This document shows, one piece after another, positions 1 to 9,171 of a DNA stretch of 64,000 nt (positions are counted from its first letter, which is position 1; every line of letters begins with the position of its first letter). The notes beneath the pieces were generated by a model. That model was given only the letters and a program-made list of their open reading frames with translations, did not search any database and was not told the DNA's origin. The DNA lies in contig CAJOHO010000012.1 in NCBI GenBank assembly GCA_905234555.1, positions 12,123-76,122 of the forward strand, in the 5' to 3' direction. Source of the DNA: an uncultured Bacteroidaceae bacterium. Its GTDB lineage: Bacteria; Bacteroidota; Bacteroidia; Bacteroidales; Bacteroidaceae. Position numbers and translations under genes: made by a program.

Positions 1-135
1 GCCATGCAGATTGCCTCCATCCACAACCTCGCTTTCTATCTGGAACTGGTTCGCCAGGCTCGTCAGCACATCATCGCCGGCGACTTCTCGCTGTGGAAAG
101 CCAAACAAATCGAAGAACTGGGACGAAGACTATGA
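1..135 (+). CDS. tgt: queuine tRNA-ribosyltransferase, C-terminal fragment (gene begins upstream of the window)
   Basis: The frame-1 translation AMQIASIHNLAFYLELVRQARQHIIAGDFSLWKAKQIEELGRRL* resembles the Tgt C-terminus. The TGA stop at 133-135 overlaps the next ATG (ATGA). Confidence 0.6.
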   Translation, partial: AMQIASIHNLAFYLELVRQARQHIIAGDFSLWKAKQIEELGRRL

Positions 136-1262
136 ACTGGCAGAGGATCAAAGACCGGTTGGCAGACCATAACCCTGTGACGAGACTCGACAGATATATC
201 ATCTGGAAGTTTCTCGGCACTTACTTCTTTTCTATTATCCTCATTATCAGCATCGCTGTGGTGTTCGACATCAACGAGAACATCGACAAGTTCCTCTCGA
301 AGAACGCCACAATGAAGGAAATCTTCCTCGACTATTACCTCAACTTCGTTCCCTACTACTCCAACCTCTTCAGTCAGCTCTTCGTCTTCATTTCCGTGAT
401 TTTCTTTACCACCAAGCTGGCAGAGAACTCGGAAATCATCGCTATGATGTCCACAGGTCTCAGCTACCGAAGGCTCATGCGTCCCTATATGATTGCAGCT
501 GCCTTTATTGCTATCTTCACCTTTGTGATGGGTTCCTACGTCATTCCTCACGGCAACGTGAAACGTGTGGAGTTCGAGAACAAATACAAACGCAAGAACG
601 TCGTCACCTACGCCACGAATGTGCAGTTGGAGGTAGATACAGGCGTGATTGCCTACATCGGTCGCTACGAAAACAGCATGAAGTTGGGCTATGACTTCCG
701 TCTCGACAAGATTATCAACAAGAAGATTGTCAGCACGCTCCAAGCCCACACCATCCAGTACGACAGCCTCTCCGAAGAACCTTACCACTGGATTATCAGC
801 AACTATCAGGAACGAAACCTGCAGGGAATGCGTGAGGTAATCAGCAGCGGACAACGCCTAGACACCCTCATCAAGATGGAGCCGCAAGACTTCCTCATCA
901 CCAAGGGACAACAGGAAACGCTCTCCACGCCCGAACTGGCCAAATACATAGAACGGCAGAAGCAGCGAGGATTTGCGAACATCAAGGAATTTGAAGTGGA
1001 ATACTGGAAACGAGGTGCCTCGTCCTTTGCCACCTTCATCCTGACCCTCATCGGTGTCTCCATCTCAGCCCGAAAACGCAAAAACGGAATGGGAATCGCT
1101 CTGGGTATCGGACTGGCTCTCATCCTCTCCTACATCATGTTCCAGACCGTCTCCTCCACCTTCGCCGTCAATGCCAACATGCATCCAGCTCTGGCTGCCT
1201 GGCTACCCAATATCATCTTCTCCTTCATCGCCTTCTATTTCTACAAGAAAGCCCCACGATGA
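132..1262 (+). CDS. LptF/LptG-family LPS export permease (YjgP/YjgQ)
   Basis: The ORF in the track is 93-1262. I moved the start to ATG 132, giving a 4-nt overlap with the tgt stop. The N-terminus RLDRYIIWKFLGTYFF and the multi-TM layout are typical of LptF/G. Confidence 0.8.
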   Translation: MNWQRIKDRLADHNPVTRLDRYIIWKFLGTYFFSIILIISIAVVFDINENIDKFLSKNATMKEIFLDYYLNFVPYYSNLFSQLFVFISVIFFTTKLAENSEIIAMMSTGLSYRRLMRPYMIAAAFIAIFTFVMGSYVIPHGNVKRVEFENKYKRKNVVTYATNVQLEVDTGVIAYIGRYENSMKLGYDFRLDKIINKKIVSTLQAHTIQYDSLSEEPYHWIISNYQERNLQGMREVISSGQRLDTLIKMEPQDFLITKGQQETLSTPELAKYIERQKQRGFANIKEFEVEYWKRGASSFATFILTLIGVSISARKRKNGMGIALGIGLALILSYIMFQTVSSTFAVNANMHPALAAWLPNIIFSFIAFYFYKKAPR

Positions 1263-1282
1263 GAAGTTTGTAAATTTTAATC

Positions 1283-1365
1283 TCGAAATGTCGAGATGTC
1301 GATATGTCGACATGTCGAAAATCGAATAATAAATCGTAAATCGTAAATCCGTAAATCGTAAATCA
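1283..1365. repeat. degenerate word array (ATGTCGAN x4, then AAATCGT x4)
   Basis: ATGTCGA occurs at 1288, 1296, 1304 and 1312 (period 8). AAATC(C)GT units run from 1331 to 1364. Confidence 0.9.
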
Positions 1366-1376
1366 ATAGATATCTC

Positions 1377-2702
1377 GTGTTTTTTGACGAATTACCTTTA
1401 GACAATACAGTACTCGATGCCCTCGATGCCATGAACTTCGAGGAGTGTACGCCCATACAAGAAAAAGCCATTCCCCCATTGCTTGAGGGAAGAGACCTGA
1501 TAGGAGTGGCACAGACCGGCACAGGCAAGACCGCTGCCTACCTGCTGCCTATCCTTCAGGAACTCAACACCGGCGATTATCCGCAGGAAGCCATCAACTG
1601 CATCATCATGTCGCCTACTCGTGAACTGGCTCAGCAGATTGACCAGCAAGTGGAAGGTTTCTCCTACTACATGCCTGTGAGCAGCGTGGCGGTCTATGGC
1701 GGAAACGACGGTATCCGCTACGAGCAGGAACGCAAGGGACTAACCCTTGGTGCCGACATCATCATCGCCACACCAGGACGACTCATTAGCCACCTGGCTA
1801 CTGGCAACATCGACCTTTCGCATGTCTCTTTCTTCGTTCTCGACGAAGCAGACCGTATGCTTGATATGGGTTTCTACGACGATATCATTAAGATTGTGGG
1901 TTATCTGCCCAAAGAGCGTCAGACCATCATGTTCTCTGCCACGATGCCTGAGAACATCCAGAAACTGGCACGCACCATCCTCAACAATCCTGTAGAGGTA
2001 AAAATTGCCGTTTCGAAGCCTGCGGAGAAAATTCATCAGATTGCCTACGTCTGCTACGAGGGAATGAAGGACAACATCGTGAAGAAAGTGCTGGAAGACC
2101 AGTCGCTGGACCGCGTCATCATCTTTTGTTCCAAGAAAACCAAAGTGCGCGAACTGGGTCGCACCTTCCGTATGAAAGGACTGAAAGTAGGTGCTATGCA
2201 CTCCGACCTTACCCAGCAGGAACGCGACACCATCATGCGTGACTTCCGTAACGGACACATCAACATCCTCATCGCCACCGATATCGTGAGTCGAGGCATC
2301 GACATCGACGATATCCAGATGGTAATCAACTATGATACGCCACACGACCCAGAGGACTACGTACACCGCATCGGACGAACAGCCCGTGCCAACCGCGACG
2401 GACAGGCTGTGACGCTGGTGACGGAACGTGACGGACAGACCCTTCGCAGGATTGAGGCACTCATCGAACGCGAAATCGACAAACCCGACCTGCCAGAAGG
2501 ATGCGGAGAAAAGCCTGTACTCAACTATAAGTCAGGCAACCGCAGATCAGGACATCGGAGATATGGACGTCGCACAATGGCTAACAATCAATCAGCAAAT
2601 GGTAAATCTGACAATCGACATCGGAAACACGACAACAAAGGTCGCCATTCACACACCCACCACAGTGGTAACAAACCCGCCGGTGGCAAGTCTGAGAATT
2701 GA
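1377..2702 (+). CDS. DEAD-box ATP-dependent RNA helicase with a basic C-terminal tail (RhlE-like)
   Basis: Motifs present are the Q motif TPIQ, Walker A AQTGTGKT, DEAD (VLDEADRM), SAT and HRIGRTAR, followed by an Arg/His/Lys-rich tail. GTG at 1377 is the only start available after the in-frame stop at 1359. Confidence 0.9.
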   Translation: MFFDELPLDNTVLDALDAMNFEECTPIQEKAIPPLLEGRDLIGVAQTGTGKTAAYLLPILQELNTGDYPQEAINCIIMSPTRELAQQIDQQVEGFSYYMPVSSVAVYGGNDGIRYEQERKGLTLGADIIIATPGRLISHLATGNIDLSHVSFFVLDEADRMLDMGFYDDIIKIVGYLPKERQTIMFSATMPENIQKLARTILNNPVEVKIAVSKPAEKIHQIAYVCYEGMKDNIVKKVLEDQSLDRVIIFCSKKTKVRELGRTFRMKGLKVGAMHSDLTQQERDTIMRDFRNGHINILIATDIVSRGIDIDDIQMVINYDTPHDPEDYVHRIGRTARANRDGQAVTLVTERDGQTLRRIEALIEREIDKPDLPEGCGEKPVLNYKSGNRRSGHRRYGRRTMANNQSANGKSDNRHRKHDNKGRHSHTHHSGNKPAGGKSEN

Positions 2703-3357
2703 CGGGCACGACCTCTCCCAACTGAAGACTTGGGTGGAGCCGTACGAAGTGGATGCCTGCATGGTATCCTCTACTGCCGTCATCACCCCTGAGATGCGAG
2801 AACAGATTGCCGCTACAGGGATTCAACGGATCTGTTACCTCGATCACACCACTCCGCTGCCCATCCGCAACAGCTACTCCACGCCTGAGACGCTGGGTAC
2901 AGACCGTTTGGCAGCTTCAGTGGGAGCTTATTTCCTGGCAGCCGAACTCAAGAAAAAACATGTTCCTGTTCTGGTCATCGACCTCGGAACTGCTCTCACC
3001 TTCGACCTCGTCACCGCTGAAGGCGAATACTTGGGTGGGAACATATCGCCAGGCATTCAGATGCGACTCAAAGCACTCCATCAGTTCACTGCCCGTCTGC
3101 CAAAAGTGAACCCCGAAGGTCCTCTGCCTGCGCTGGGCAACTCCACAGAGACAGCGATCCGTTGTGGAGTGATTCACGGAATACAACGTGAAATTGAAGG
3201 CGCAATCCGGCAATTCAGTGTTAATTATCCACAACTTTTAGTCTTTTTGACGGGTGGAGACACTTTAGATTTTGCCAAACCGCTAAAAAAGCATATCTTT
3301 GCAGACAAATTCCTCGTTGCAAAAGGATTGAACATTATTTTAATGCATAATTCATAA
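2599..3357 (+). CDS. coaX: type III pantothenate kinase
   Basis: The N-terminus MVNLTIDIGNTTTKVAIH carries the DxGNT motif, and GTDR and GGNISPG motifs follow. The start is the internal ATG at 2599 of ORF 2428-3357. Confidence 0.85.
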   Translation: MVNLTIDIGNTTTKVAIHTPTTVVTNPPVASLRIDGHDLSQLKTWVEPYEVDACMVSSTAVITPEMREQIAATGIQRICYLDHTTPLPIRNSYSTPETLGTDRLAASVGAYFLAAELKKKHVPVLVIDLGTALTFDLVTAEGEYLGGNISPGIQMRLKALHQFTARLPKVNPEGPLPALGNSTETAIRCGVIHGIQREIEGAIRQFSVNYPQLLVFLTGGDTLDFAKPLKKHIFADKFLVAKGLNIILMHNS

Positions 3358-3376
3358 TGCATAATTCATAATTAAT
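3341..3376. repeat. word array ATGCATAATTCATA x2 (includes the coaX stop)
   Basis: There is a 14-bp tandem duplication at 3343-3356 and 3357-3370. Confidence 0.85.
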
Positions 3377-3401
3377 TTCGTTGAATAATTCATCAATCAT
3401 A

Positions 3402-4724
3402 ATGAAAAAAAGGCTTTTCCTCTTATTCTTTATTCTTCAATCTTCATTCTTCATGTTTGCCCAGAACGGAGTGAACTCCCCCTATTCCCGTTACGGATTC
3501 GGTGTACAGGCTGATCGTGCTATGGGCTTCAACAAAGGAATGGACGGAGTGGCACAAGGTTTTTCCAACGGCAACTGGATCAACACAGCTAACCCTGCAT
3601 CCTATGCTGCCGTTGACTCCCTCACGGCACTCTTCGACATGGGACTCTCCCTGCAAAACGGCAACTACTCGATGGGAGGACTCCAGCAGAATGTGCGCAA
3701 CAGCAGTCTGGACTATTTTGCGTTCCAGTTCCGTGCCCAGAAACATTGGGGTTGGACCATTGCCCTCCTGCCTTACACGAATATCAACTACAGTTTCAAG
3801 TCGTCCTCCACTCCCATCGAAGGAACGGAATCCTCCACCTCCTACACCTTCAACGGTACGGGTGGACTTCACCAAATCATGATAGGAACGGGCTGGGAAC
3901 CCCTTCGCAACCTCTCCATCGGTGTGAATTTCGCCTATCTCTTTGGCGACTACACCCATTCTGCCACGATGGCTGTGAACGAAACAAGTTCCTATTCCCT
4001 CTATCGTGCCTACACAGCTGACATCGGCACCTATTCCGCTGACTTCGGACTGCAATACACCCTTCCGCTCAACAAGAAAGACCGCCTCACCCTCGGTGTT
4101 ACCTATGGACTGGGACACGACATCAAGAATCGTGCCATCCGTTCCACCCAGACGCTTTCTTCCACAGGAACTACTCAGTCAGCTACGAACGACACCATCC
4201 GCAACGCTTTCCAGCTGCCCCACTCCATCTCTGCAGGTATCGCCTATCGCCATACAACTCGTCTTGCCATCGGTGCAGACTTCACCTACGAGAAATGGGG
4301 CGATTGCCGCTTCCCAGCTCAGGAAGCCAACACCTACGCCAGTGTGAAAGGACAGCTCAACGACCGCATGCGCATTACTGCCGGAGCCACCTTCACACCC
4401 AACAGCACAGCCACCAAATACTTCCAGCGTGTCAGCTACAAACTGGGTGCACACTATGCTCAGCCCTACGCCAAAGCTGACGGAGGCATCACCGATAAAC
4501 CCACAGAATTTGGTATCAGCGCCGGTCTGACCCTTCCCATCCAGAACCGCAACCTCTATCGCCGCTTCCCTGATATCAACATAGCTTTCCAGTGGGTTCA
4601 CAGCAGCATCCCCTATCTCAGCGCCACCACGCTCCAGCAGCATAAACTCACAGAGAACTACCTCCGCCTCTCCATCGGCATCACTTTCAGCGAACTCTGG
4701 TTCCACAAGTGGAAAGTACAGTAA
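3402..4724 (+). CDS. outer-membrane beta-barrel protein of unknown function (signal peptide)
   Basis: The signal peptide is MKKRLFLLFFILQSSFFMFAQ, followed by NSPYSRYGFG. The protein is rich in alternating aromatic and Gly strands. The start is set at ATG 3402. Confidence 0.6.
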   Translation: MKKRLFLLFFILQSSFFMFAQNGVNSPYSRYGFGVQADRAMGFNKGMDGVAQGFSNGNWINTANPASYAAVDSLTALFDMGLSLQNGNYSMGGLQQNVRNSSLDYFAFQFRAQKHWGWTIALLPYTNINYSFKSSSTPIEGTESSTSYTFNGTGGLHQIMIGTGWEPLRNLSIGVNFAYLFGDYTHSATMAVNETSSYSLYRAYTADIGTYSADFGLQYTLPLNKKDRLTLGVTYGLGHDIKNRAIRSTQTLSSTGTTQSATNDTIRNAFQLPHSISAGIAYRHTTRLAIGADFTYEKWGDCRFPAQEANTYASVKGQLNDRMRITAGATFTPNSTATKYFQRVSYKLGAHYAQPYAKADGGITDKPTEFGISAGLTLPIQNRNLYRRFPDINIAFQWVHSSIPYLSATTLQQHKLTENYLRLSIGITFSELWFHKWKVQ

Positions 4725-4770
4725 TGCATAATTGAGAATTCATAATTCATAATGCATAATGCCTAATTCA
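4722..4770. repeat. word array of the ATGCATAAT/TTCATAAT family
   Basis: The sequence is TAATGCATAATTGAGAATTCATAATTCATAATGCATAATGCCTAATTCA. Confidence 0.8.
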
Positions 4771-4771
4771 C

Positions 4772-5473
4772 ATGAATTATAACGGGTCGTCACATTCCAA
4801 CTTTCGTCACAGTCTCTCCCTCTTTCGGAGGGGGATGGGGGTAGGCTTTCTCATCGCTCTCTTTGTCCTCAGTGCCTATTCCTGCCAGAACGACGAAGAG
4901 CACTATGCGCCTGCCCTGGAAGAACGAGACTCATTGCCCATCCTCAAGTCGAGAGGCGTTTCCACACTCATCTCCGACTCTGGCATCATCCGCTATAAGA
5001 TTATCAGCGAGGACTGGTTCATCTACGATAAGAAGAATCCCAACTACTGGGAATTCAACAAAGGACTCTTTATTCAGCGGTTCAACGAGGAGTACCATAC
5101 CGATGCCTACATCACGGCAGATACCGCCTACTATTTCGAGCAGCAACGCATTTGGGAACTCCACGGACGCGTACAAGTGAAGAACCTGAAGGGAGAGACC
5201 TTCCGCACTTCCCTCCTCTACTGGGATCAGAACCAACACCGCATCTACTCACCGGCATACATGCGTATCGACGGAATCGACAACCAGCTACAAGGCTACG
5301 ATTTCTCTTCCAACGAAGAGATGACACAATACCGTATTCACAACTCCAGCGGAGCCACACCTTTCAAGGATGACGATCCCTCCGATCAACCCCGTCCTGA
5401 TCCGCAACTTATGCGAGAGGCAGAGGCTGCAGAAGCTGCTGAAGCCAGCGACTCCACCTCTACTCAGCCATAA
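4772..5473 (+). CDS. lptC: LptC-like LPS export periplasmic lipoprotein
   Basis: There is a lipobox (LSAYSC) after an RR-containing n-region and an OstA/LptC-like core (ISDSGIIRYKI...LHGRVQVKNLKGETF). The alternative start is ATG 4835. The 5' end overlaps a GC-rich repeat element. Confidence 0.7.
   Translation: MNYNGSSHSNFRHSLSLFRRGMGVGFLIALFVLSAYSCQNDEEHYAPALEERDSLPILKSRGVSTLISDSGIIRYKIISEDWFIYDKKNPNYWEFNKGLFIQRFNEEYHTDAYITADTAYYFEQQRIWELHGRVQVKNLKGETFRTSLLYWDQNQHRIYSPAYMRIDGIDNQLQGYDFSSNEEMTQYRIHNSSGATPFKDDDPSDQPRPDPQLMREAEAAEAAEASDSTSTQP
4815..4850 (+). repeat. CCCTC-loop-GAGGG hairpin element
   Basis: The sequence is TCTCCCTCTTTCGGAGGGGGATGGGGGTAGGCTTTC. It lies within the 5' end of the lptC-like ORF. 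Confidence 0.8.
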
Positions 5474-5481
5474 ATAATACT

Positions 5482-5514
5482 AAAAAAGCTCACCCCAAAC
5501 AGGTGAGCTTTTTT
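5482..5514. terminator. bidirectional intrinsic terminator between convergent lptC and oadB
   Basis: The structure is AAAAA-AGCTCACC-CCAAACA-GGTGAGCT-TTTTT. Confidence 0.8.
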
Positions 5515-5548
5515 GCTTTACAGATATTCCTCAAATATGAGAGGTATT

Positions 5549-5587
5549 TTCCTTTAGCCTAAGAACTGAGTTCCTTTAGCCTAAGAA
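5549..5587. repeat. 22-bp-period duplication of the oadB 3' terminus
   Basis: TTCCTTTAGCCTAAGAA occurs at 5549-5565 and again at 5571-5587. The second copy contains the stop codon. Confidence 0.85.
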
Positions 5588-7015
5588 GGCGATGAGGACA
5601 CCAGCGGCAACTGCAGAACCAATCACACCAGAGATATTGGAGGACATGCAGTAGTTGAGGACGTGGTTCTTGGGGTCGTACTTCGTGGCGATGTCGTTGC
5701 AGACACGGCTTGCCATTGGCACAGCGGAAAGACCTGTGGCTCCGATGAGCGGATTGATCTTCTTCTTCGTGAAGAGGTTGAAGAGCTTCACCATCATGAT
5801 ACCGGCTGTGATGCTGAGTGCGAAGGCAAGGAATCCACCTACGACGATACCGATGGTAGTCCAGTTGAGGAATGCCTGAACGGTCATCGTGGCTCCTACG
5901 CAGAGGCCGAGGAACACAGTAGCGGTATTCATGATGGAGTTGCTGATGGTGTCGAACAGGCGGCTGGTGTCGCTTCCGATTTCTTTCAGCAGGTTACCAA
6001 ACATGAGCATACCGATCAGCGCAACAGCTGTAGGAACGAAAATGGCAACAATGGTAGTCACAGCGATAGGGAAGATAATCTTCACCACACGCATGTTCTT
6101 GATTTCGTTCTTAGCAGGGAACTTCTTGTCCTGCTCCTTCATATTGATCATCAGTTCCTTCTTGGAGCAAGTGAGTTTCACAACCAGTGGAATGATGACG
6201 GGCACAAGGGCCATGTAGCTATAAGCGGCAATGGCGATGGCACCCAGAAGATGTGGAGCCAACTTGATGGTGGTGAAGATGGCGGTAGGTCCGTCAGCAC
6301 CACCGATGATACCCAGCGACGCAGCTTCTTTCATGGTGAAGCCCATGAGCACAGCACAAATCAGCACCATGAAGATACCGAACTGAGCAGCAGCTCCGAA
6401 GATGGACAGACGGAGGTTGCGAAGCATAGGACCAAAGTCGGTCAAAGCACCTACACCCATGAAAATTACTGGTGGCAGGAAGCCTGTCTTGATGAGCGCA
6501 TAGTAGAGGAAGTTCATGAGTCCGAGGTCGTGGGCGATGGCAGGAAGTGACATATCCCAAATGTGATAGACCTGAACGTCGCCATAGGCGCTGGCTTTGG
6601 ACAGTTCCTCATTCACAAGATGGAGGTTAGGCAGGATGGGATTGTCGGCTAACTTATAGTAAAGTTCACCGAATCTCATGTAATCTTCGGCACTGACTCC
6701 AGTCTTGAGCAACTCTTGATAGGCCTCAGGATTGAGTCCGTCGGCAAGCGTCAGCGTCTGGATAATGCCGTTCCCATCCATCCATCTGAAGATTTCTCCA
6801 GCTTCGTTGGCCTGCATCACGCCCATATCTCCACCAGGGAAGTTGGCGATGAGCACACCGAAGGCAATGGGGATGAGAAGCAGCGGCTCATAATGCTTGA
6901 CAATACCCAGGTACAGCAGTACGAAGGCAATGCCAAACATGATGAGGTAGGACGGGTCGGCAACGAGGTTGCTGAGTGCCGTCATATCGAACAGTTTACT
7001 AAATATATCTCCCAT
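5576..7015 (-). CDS. oadB: Na+-translocating decarboxylase beta subunit (oxaloacetate decarboxylase beta)
   Basis: This is a 479-aa polytopic membrane protein of the OadB/MmdB type, and it sits directly downstream of the alpha and gamma subunits. Confidence 0.85.
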   Translation of the reverse strand: MGDIFSKLFDMTALSNLVADPSYLIMFGIAFVLLYLGIVKHYEPLLLIPIAFGVLIANFPGGDMGVMQANEAGEIFRWMDGNGIIQTLTLADGLNPEAYQELLKTGVSAEDYMRFGELYYKLADNPILPNLHLVNEELSKASAYGDVQVYHIWDMSLPAIAHDLGLMNFLYYALIKTGFLPPVIFMGVGALTDFGPMLRNLRLSIFGAAAQFGIFMVLICAVLMGFTMKEAASLGIIGGADGPTAIFTTIKLAPHLLGAIAIAAYSYMALVPVIIPLVVKLTCSKKELMINMKEQDKKFPAKNEIKNMRVVKIIFPIAVTTIVAIFVPTAVALIGMLMFGNLLKEIGSDTSRLFDTISNSIMNTATVFLGLCVGATMTVQAFLNWTTIGIVVGGFLAFALSITAGIMMVKLFNLFTKKKINPLIGATGLSAVPMASRVCNDIATKYDPKNHVLNYCMSSNISGVIGSAVAAGVLIAFLG

Positions 7016-7018
7016 GGC

Positions 7019-8860
7019 TTATCCAATTTTCATGATGACATCGTCTTCTTCAACGGAGTCGCCTGAGCTGACGAGAATGGCTGTGATGACTCCGTCGCGA
7101 TCTGCCTTGATAGCGTTGAAGGTCTTCATGGCTTCGATATAGCCAACGACATCACCTTCCTTCACAGCGTCGCCCACCTTTGCAGGAGTCTCAGAGTTGT
7201 CCTTCACGAGGTAGAACTTACCTTCGAGAGGAGCCAGAAGGTCAGCACCTTCACCAGCAGGAGCAGCAGGTGCACCCTGAGCTGCAGGAGCTGCGGCAGG
7301 AACGTCGTTGCCATAGGCAATCTCCACCTTGTAGTTCTGACCTTCCACATTCACTGTGATAGACTTAGGAAGTTCAGCAGCACCTTCCGCTGGAGCGTTC
7401 TTGGCAGCCTTACGCTTGGCAAGGTCAGCCTCGAAGTCAGCCTTCGCCTTACCGCTCTTGTAAGCACGATACTGTTCGGGGTGCATAGCGAGTTCGAAGA
7501 GTTCTTCGTCGTCCTCACCAAGTTCCCAACCGTTCTTCTTCATCTCCTCGCGGAATTCGTCGAGCTTGTCGGGGAAGTAAGACTGTGGATCTTGTGTCTC
7601 AAACTCACGACCCTGGTCTTTAGCCATCTTCACGAGTTCGGGTGCTACAGGACCAGGCAGCTGACCAGCCTTACCGAGAATCATATCCCAGATGGTGTCG
7701 GCAATCATCGACCAGCGTTCCTTGCCTTTCTCCATCTGCATCACATTCATCAGAGCAAGGTTCTTGACATACTGGGAGAACGGAGTCACGAGGCAGGGAT
7801 AGCCCACCTTCGGCCAAACGTAAGCCACTTCGTCGAAGAGCTTGATGAGAAGGTCGTCAGTTGTCAGTTCGGGCTGATTGTTCTTCACCTTCCACTTGTT
7901 CAGCGACTTGAGGTTATCTTCCAGGTCGGTCATCAGCGAACCCATCATACCACCAGGAAGACCTGGCTTCACGAGCAGCGAGTTGTTGATGTGATTGAGG
8001 TCGGGAATATAGTAGCCGAGGAAGTCGTCGCACATCTCCTGAATCTGGGTACGAACATCCATGTAGGCAGCCATATTGATTTCCTTCACTTTGAAGCCAG
8101 CATCCTTGAGCATCTCCTGTACGGCGATAATGTCGGCATGACCCGTACCCCAAGAGAGTGGCGACATACCTGTGTCGATATAGTCACAACCTGCGTTGCA
8201 GACTTCAAGGATGGAAGCCATGTTGAAACCTGGACCAGCGTGTGAGTGATACTGAATGATGATATCTTTCTTGTAAGCCTTGATACCGGCAACAATCTTT
8301 CCCAGTGAAACAGGACGACCGATACCAGCCATATCCTTCAGACAAATTTCGTCAGCACCTGCGTCGATGAGTGTCTTCGCCAGATCCACGTAGTACTTCA
8401 CGGTGTGGATGGGTGAGTGAGTGATACAGAGCGAAGCCTGTGCAATCATTCCTGCTTCCTTAGCATAGACGATGGAAGGAATGATGTTGCGGGCGTCGTT
8501 CAGACCACAGAAGATACGTGTGATGTCGGTACCCTGAGCCTTCTTCACCTTGTAGAACAGCTTGCGCACATCCTTTGGCACAGGACTCATGCGAAGTGCG
8601 TTGAGCGCACGATCGAGCATGTGAGTCTGAATACCTGCCTCATGGAAGGGCTTGGTAAATTCACGAACTGCCTTATTGGGGTTTTCTCCATAGAGGAGAT
8701 TCACTTGTTCGAAGCCTCCACCGTTGGTTTCCACACGGTCGAAGCATCCCATCTTGATGATGGCTGGAGCCACCTTTACGAGCTGGTCAACACGTGGCTG
8801 GTACTTGCCAGCACTCTGCCACATATCACGGAAGACCAGACTGAACTTTACTTCTTTCAT
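7019..8860 (-). CDS. oadA: oxaloacetate decarboxylase alpha subunit (carboxyltransferase plus biotinyl domain)
   Basis: It has an HMGL-like/PYC_OADA N-terminal domain, an Ala/Pro linker and a C-terminal biotinyl domain with EAMKT. Confidence 0.85.
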   Translation of the reverse strand: MKEVKFSLVFRDMWQSAGKYQPRVDQLVKVAPAIIKMGCFDRVETNGGGFEQVNLLYGENPNKAVREFTKPFHEAGIQTHMLDRALNALRMSPVPKDVRKLFYKVKKAQGTDITRIFCGLNDARNIIPSIVYAKEAGMIAQASLCITHSPIHTVKYYVDLAKTLIDAGADEICLKDMAGIGRPVSLGKIVAGIKAYKKDIIIQYHSHAGPGFNMASILEVCNAGCDYIDTGMSPLSWGTGHADIIAVQEMLKDAGFKVKEINMAAYMDVRTQIQEMCDDFLGYYIPDLNHINNSLLVKPGLPGGMMGSLMTDLEDNLKSLNKWKVKNNQPELTTDDLLIKLFDEVAYVWPKVGYPCLVTPFSQYVKNLALMNVMQMEKGKERWSMIADTIWDMILGKAGQLPGPVAPELVKMAKDQGREFETQDPQSYFPDKLDEFREEMKKNGWELGEDDEELFELAMHPEQYRAYKSGKAKADFEADLAKRKAAKNAPAEGAAELPKSITVNVEGQNYKVEIAYGNDVPAAAPAAQGAPAAPAGEGADLLAPLEGKFYLVKDNSETPAKVGDAVKEGDVVGYIEAMKTFNAIKADRDGVITAILVSSGDSVEEDDVIMKIG

Positions 8861-8881
8861 GTTATCTTTTTAGTCGTTGTT

Positions 8882-9142
8882 TTACAATTTTGTGATTTTA
8901 GCAACTTTTCCCTTACCGCCTGTGAGCTGGCTCACGGCAGCCTGGATGATACTCTGGGTCTTGGCGCTGACGGCAGCTGGTGCAGCCGCTACTTTCACCG
9001 CCTTCTTGGGTTCTTCAGCAGGTGCCACCTTGTTGATGATGGCAATGAGTGCCTTACCCAGGAAGATGACGATGAGCAGGATGGAGAACACTGTGAGCAT
9101 TCCCACCGCAAGCAGACCCAACGCTTCATTCAAATTTTCCAT
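8882..9142 (-). CDS. oadG: oxaloacetate decarboxylase gamma subunit
   Basis: This is an 86-aa protein with a single N-terminal TM helix (GLLAVGMLTVFSILLIVIFLG) and an Ala/Lys-rich tail. It sits upstream of oadA. Confidence 0.7.
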   Translation of the reverse strand: MENLNEALGLLAVGMLTVFSILLIVIFLGKALIAIINKVAPAEEPKKAVKVAAAPAAVSAKTQSIIQAAVSQLTGGKGKVAKITKL

Positions 9143-9171
9143 AAATTCCAGATATGTTTGTTAGGATTCGT

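Noticed and set aside
7115-7135. A non-canonical biotinylation motif, EAMKT instead of EAMKM, in OadA
   Set aside because: The biotinyl-lysine and its flanking Ala-Met are intact. The residue after Lys varies among biotin carrier domains, so this is not evidence of loss of function.
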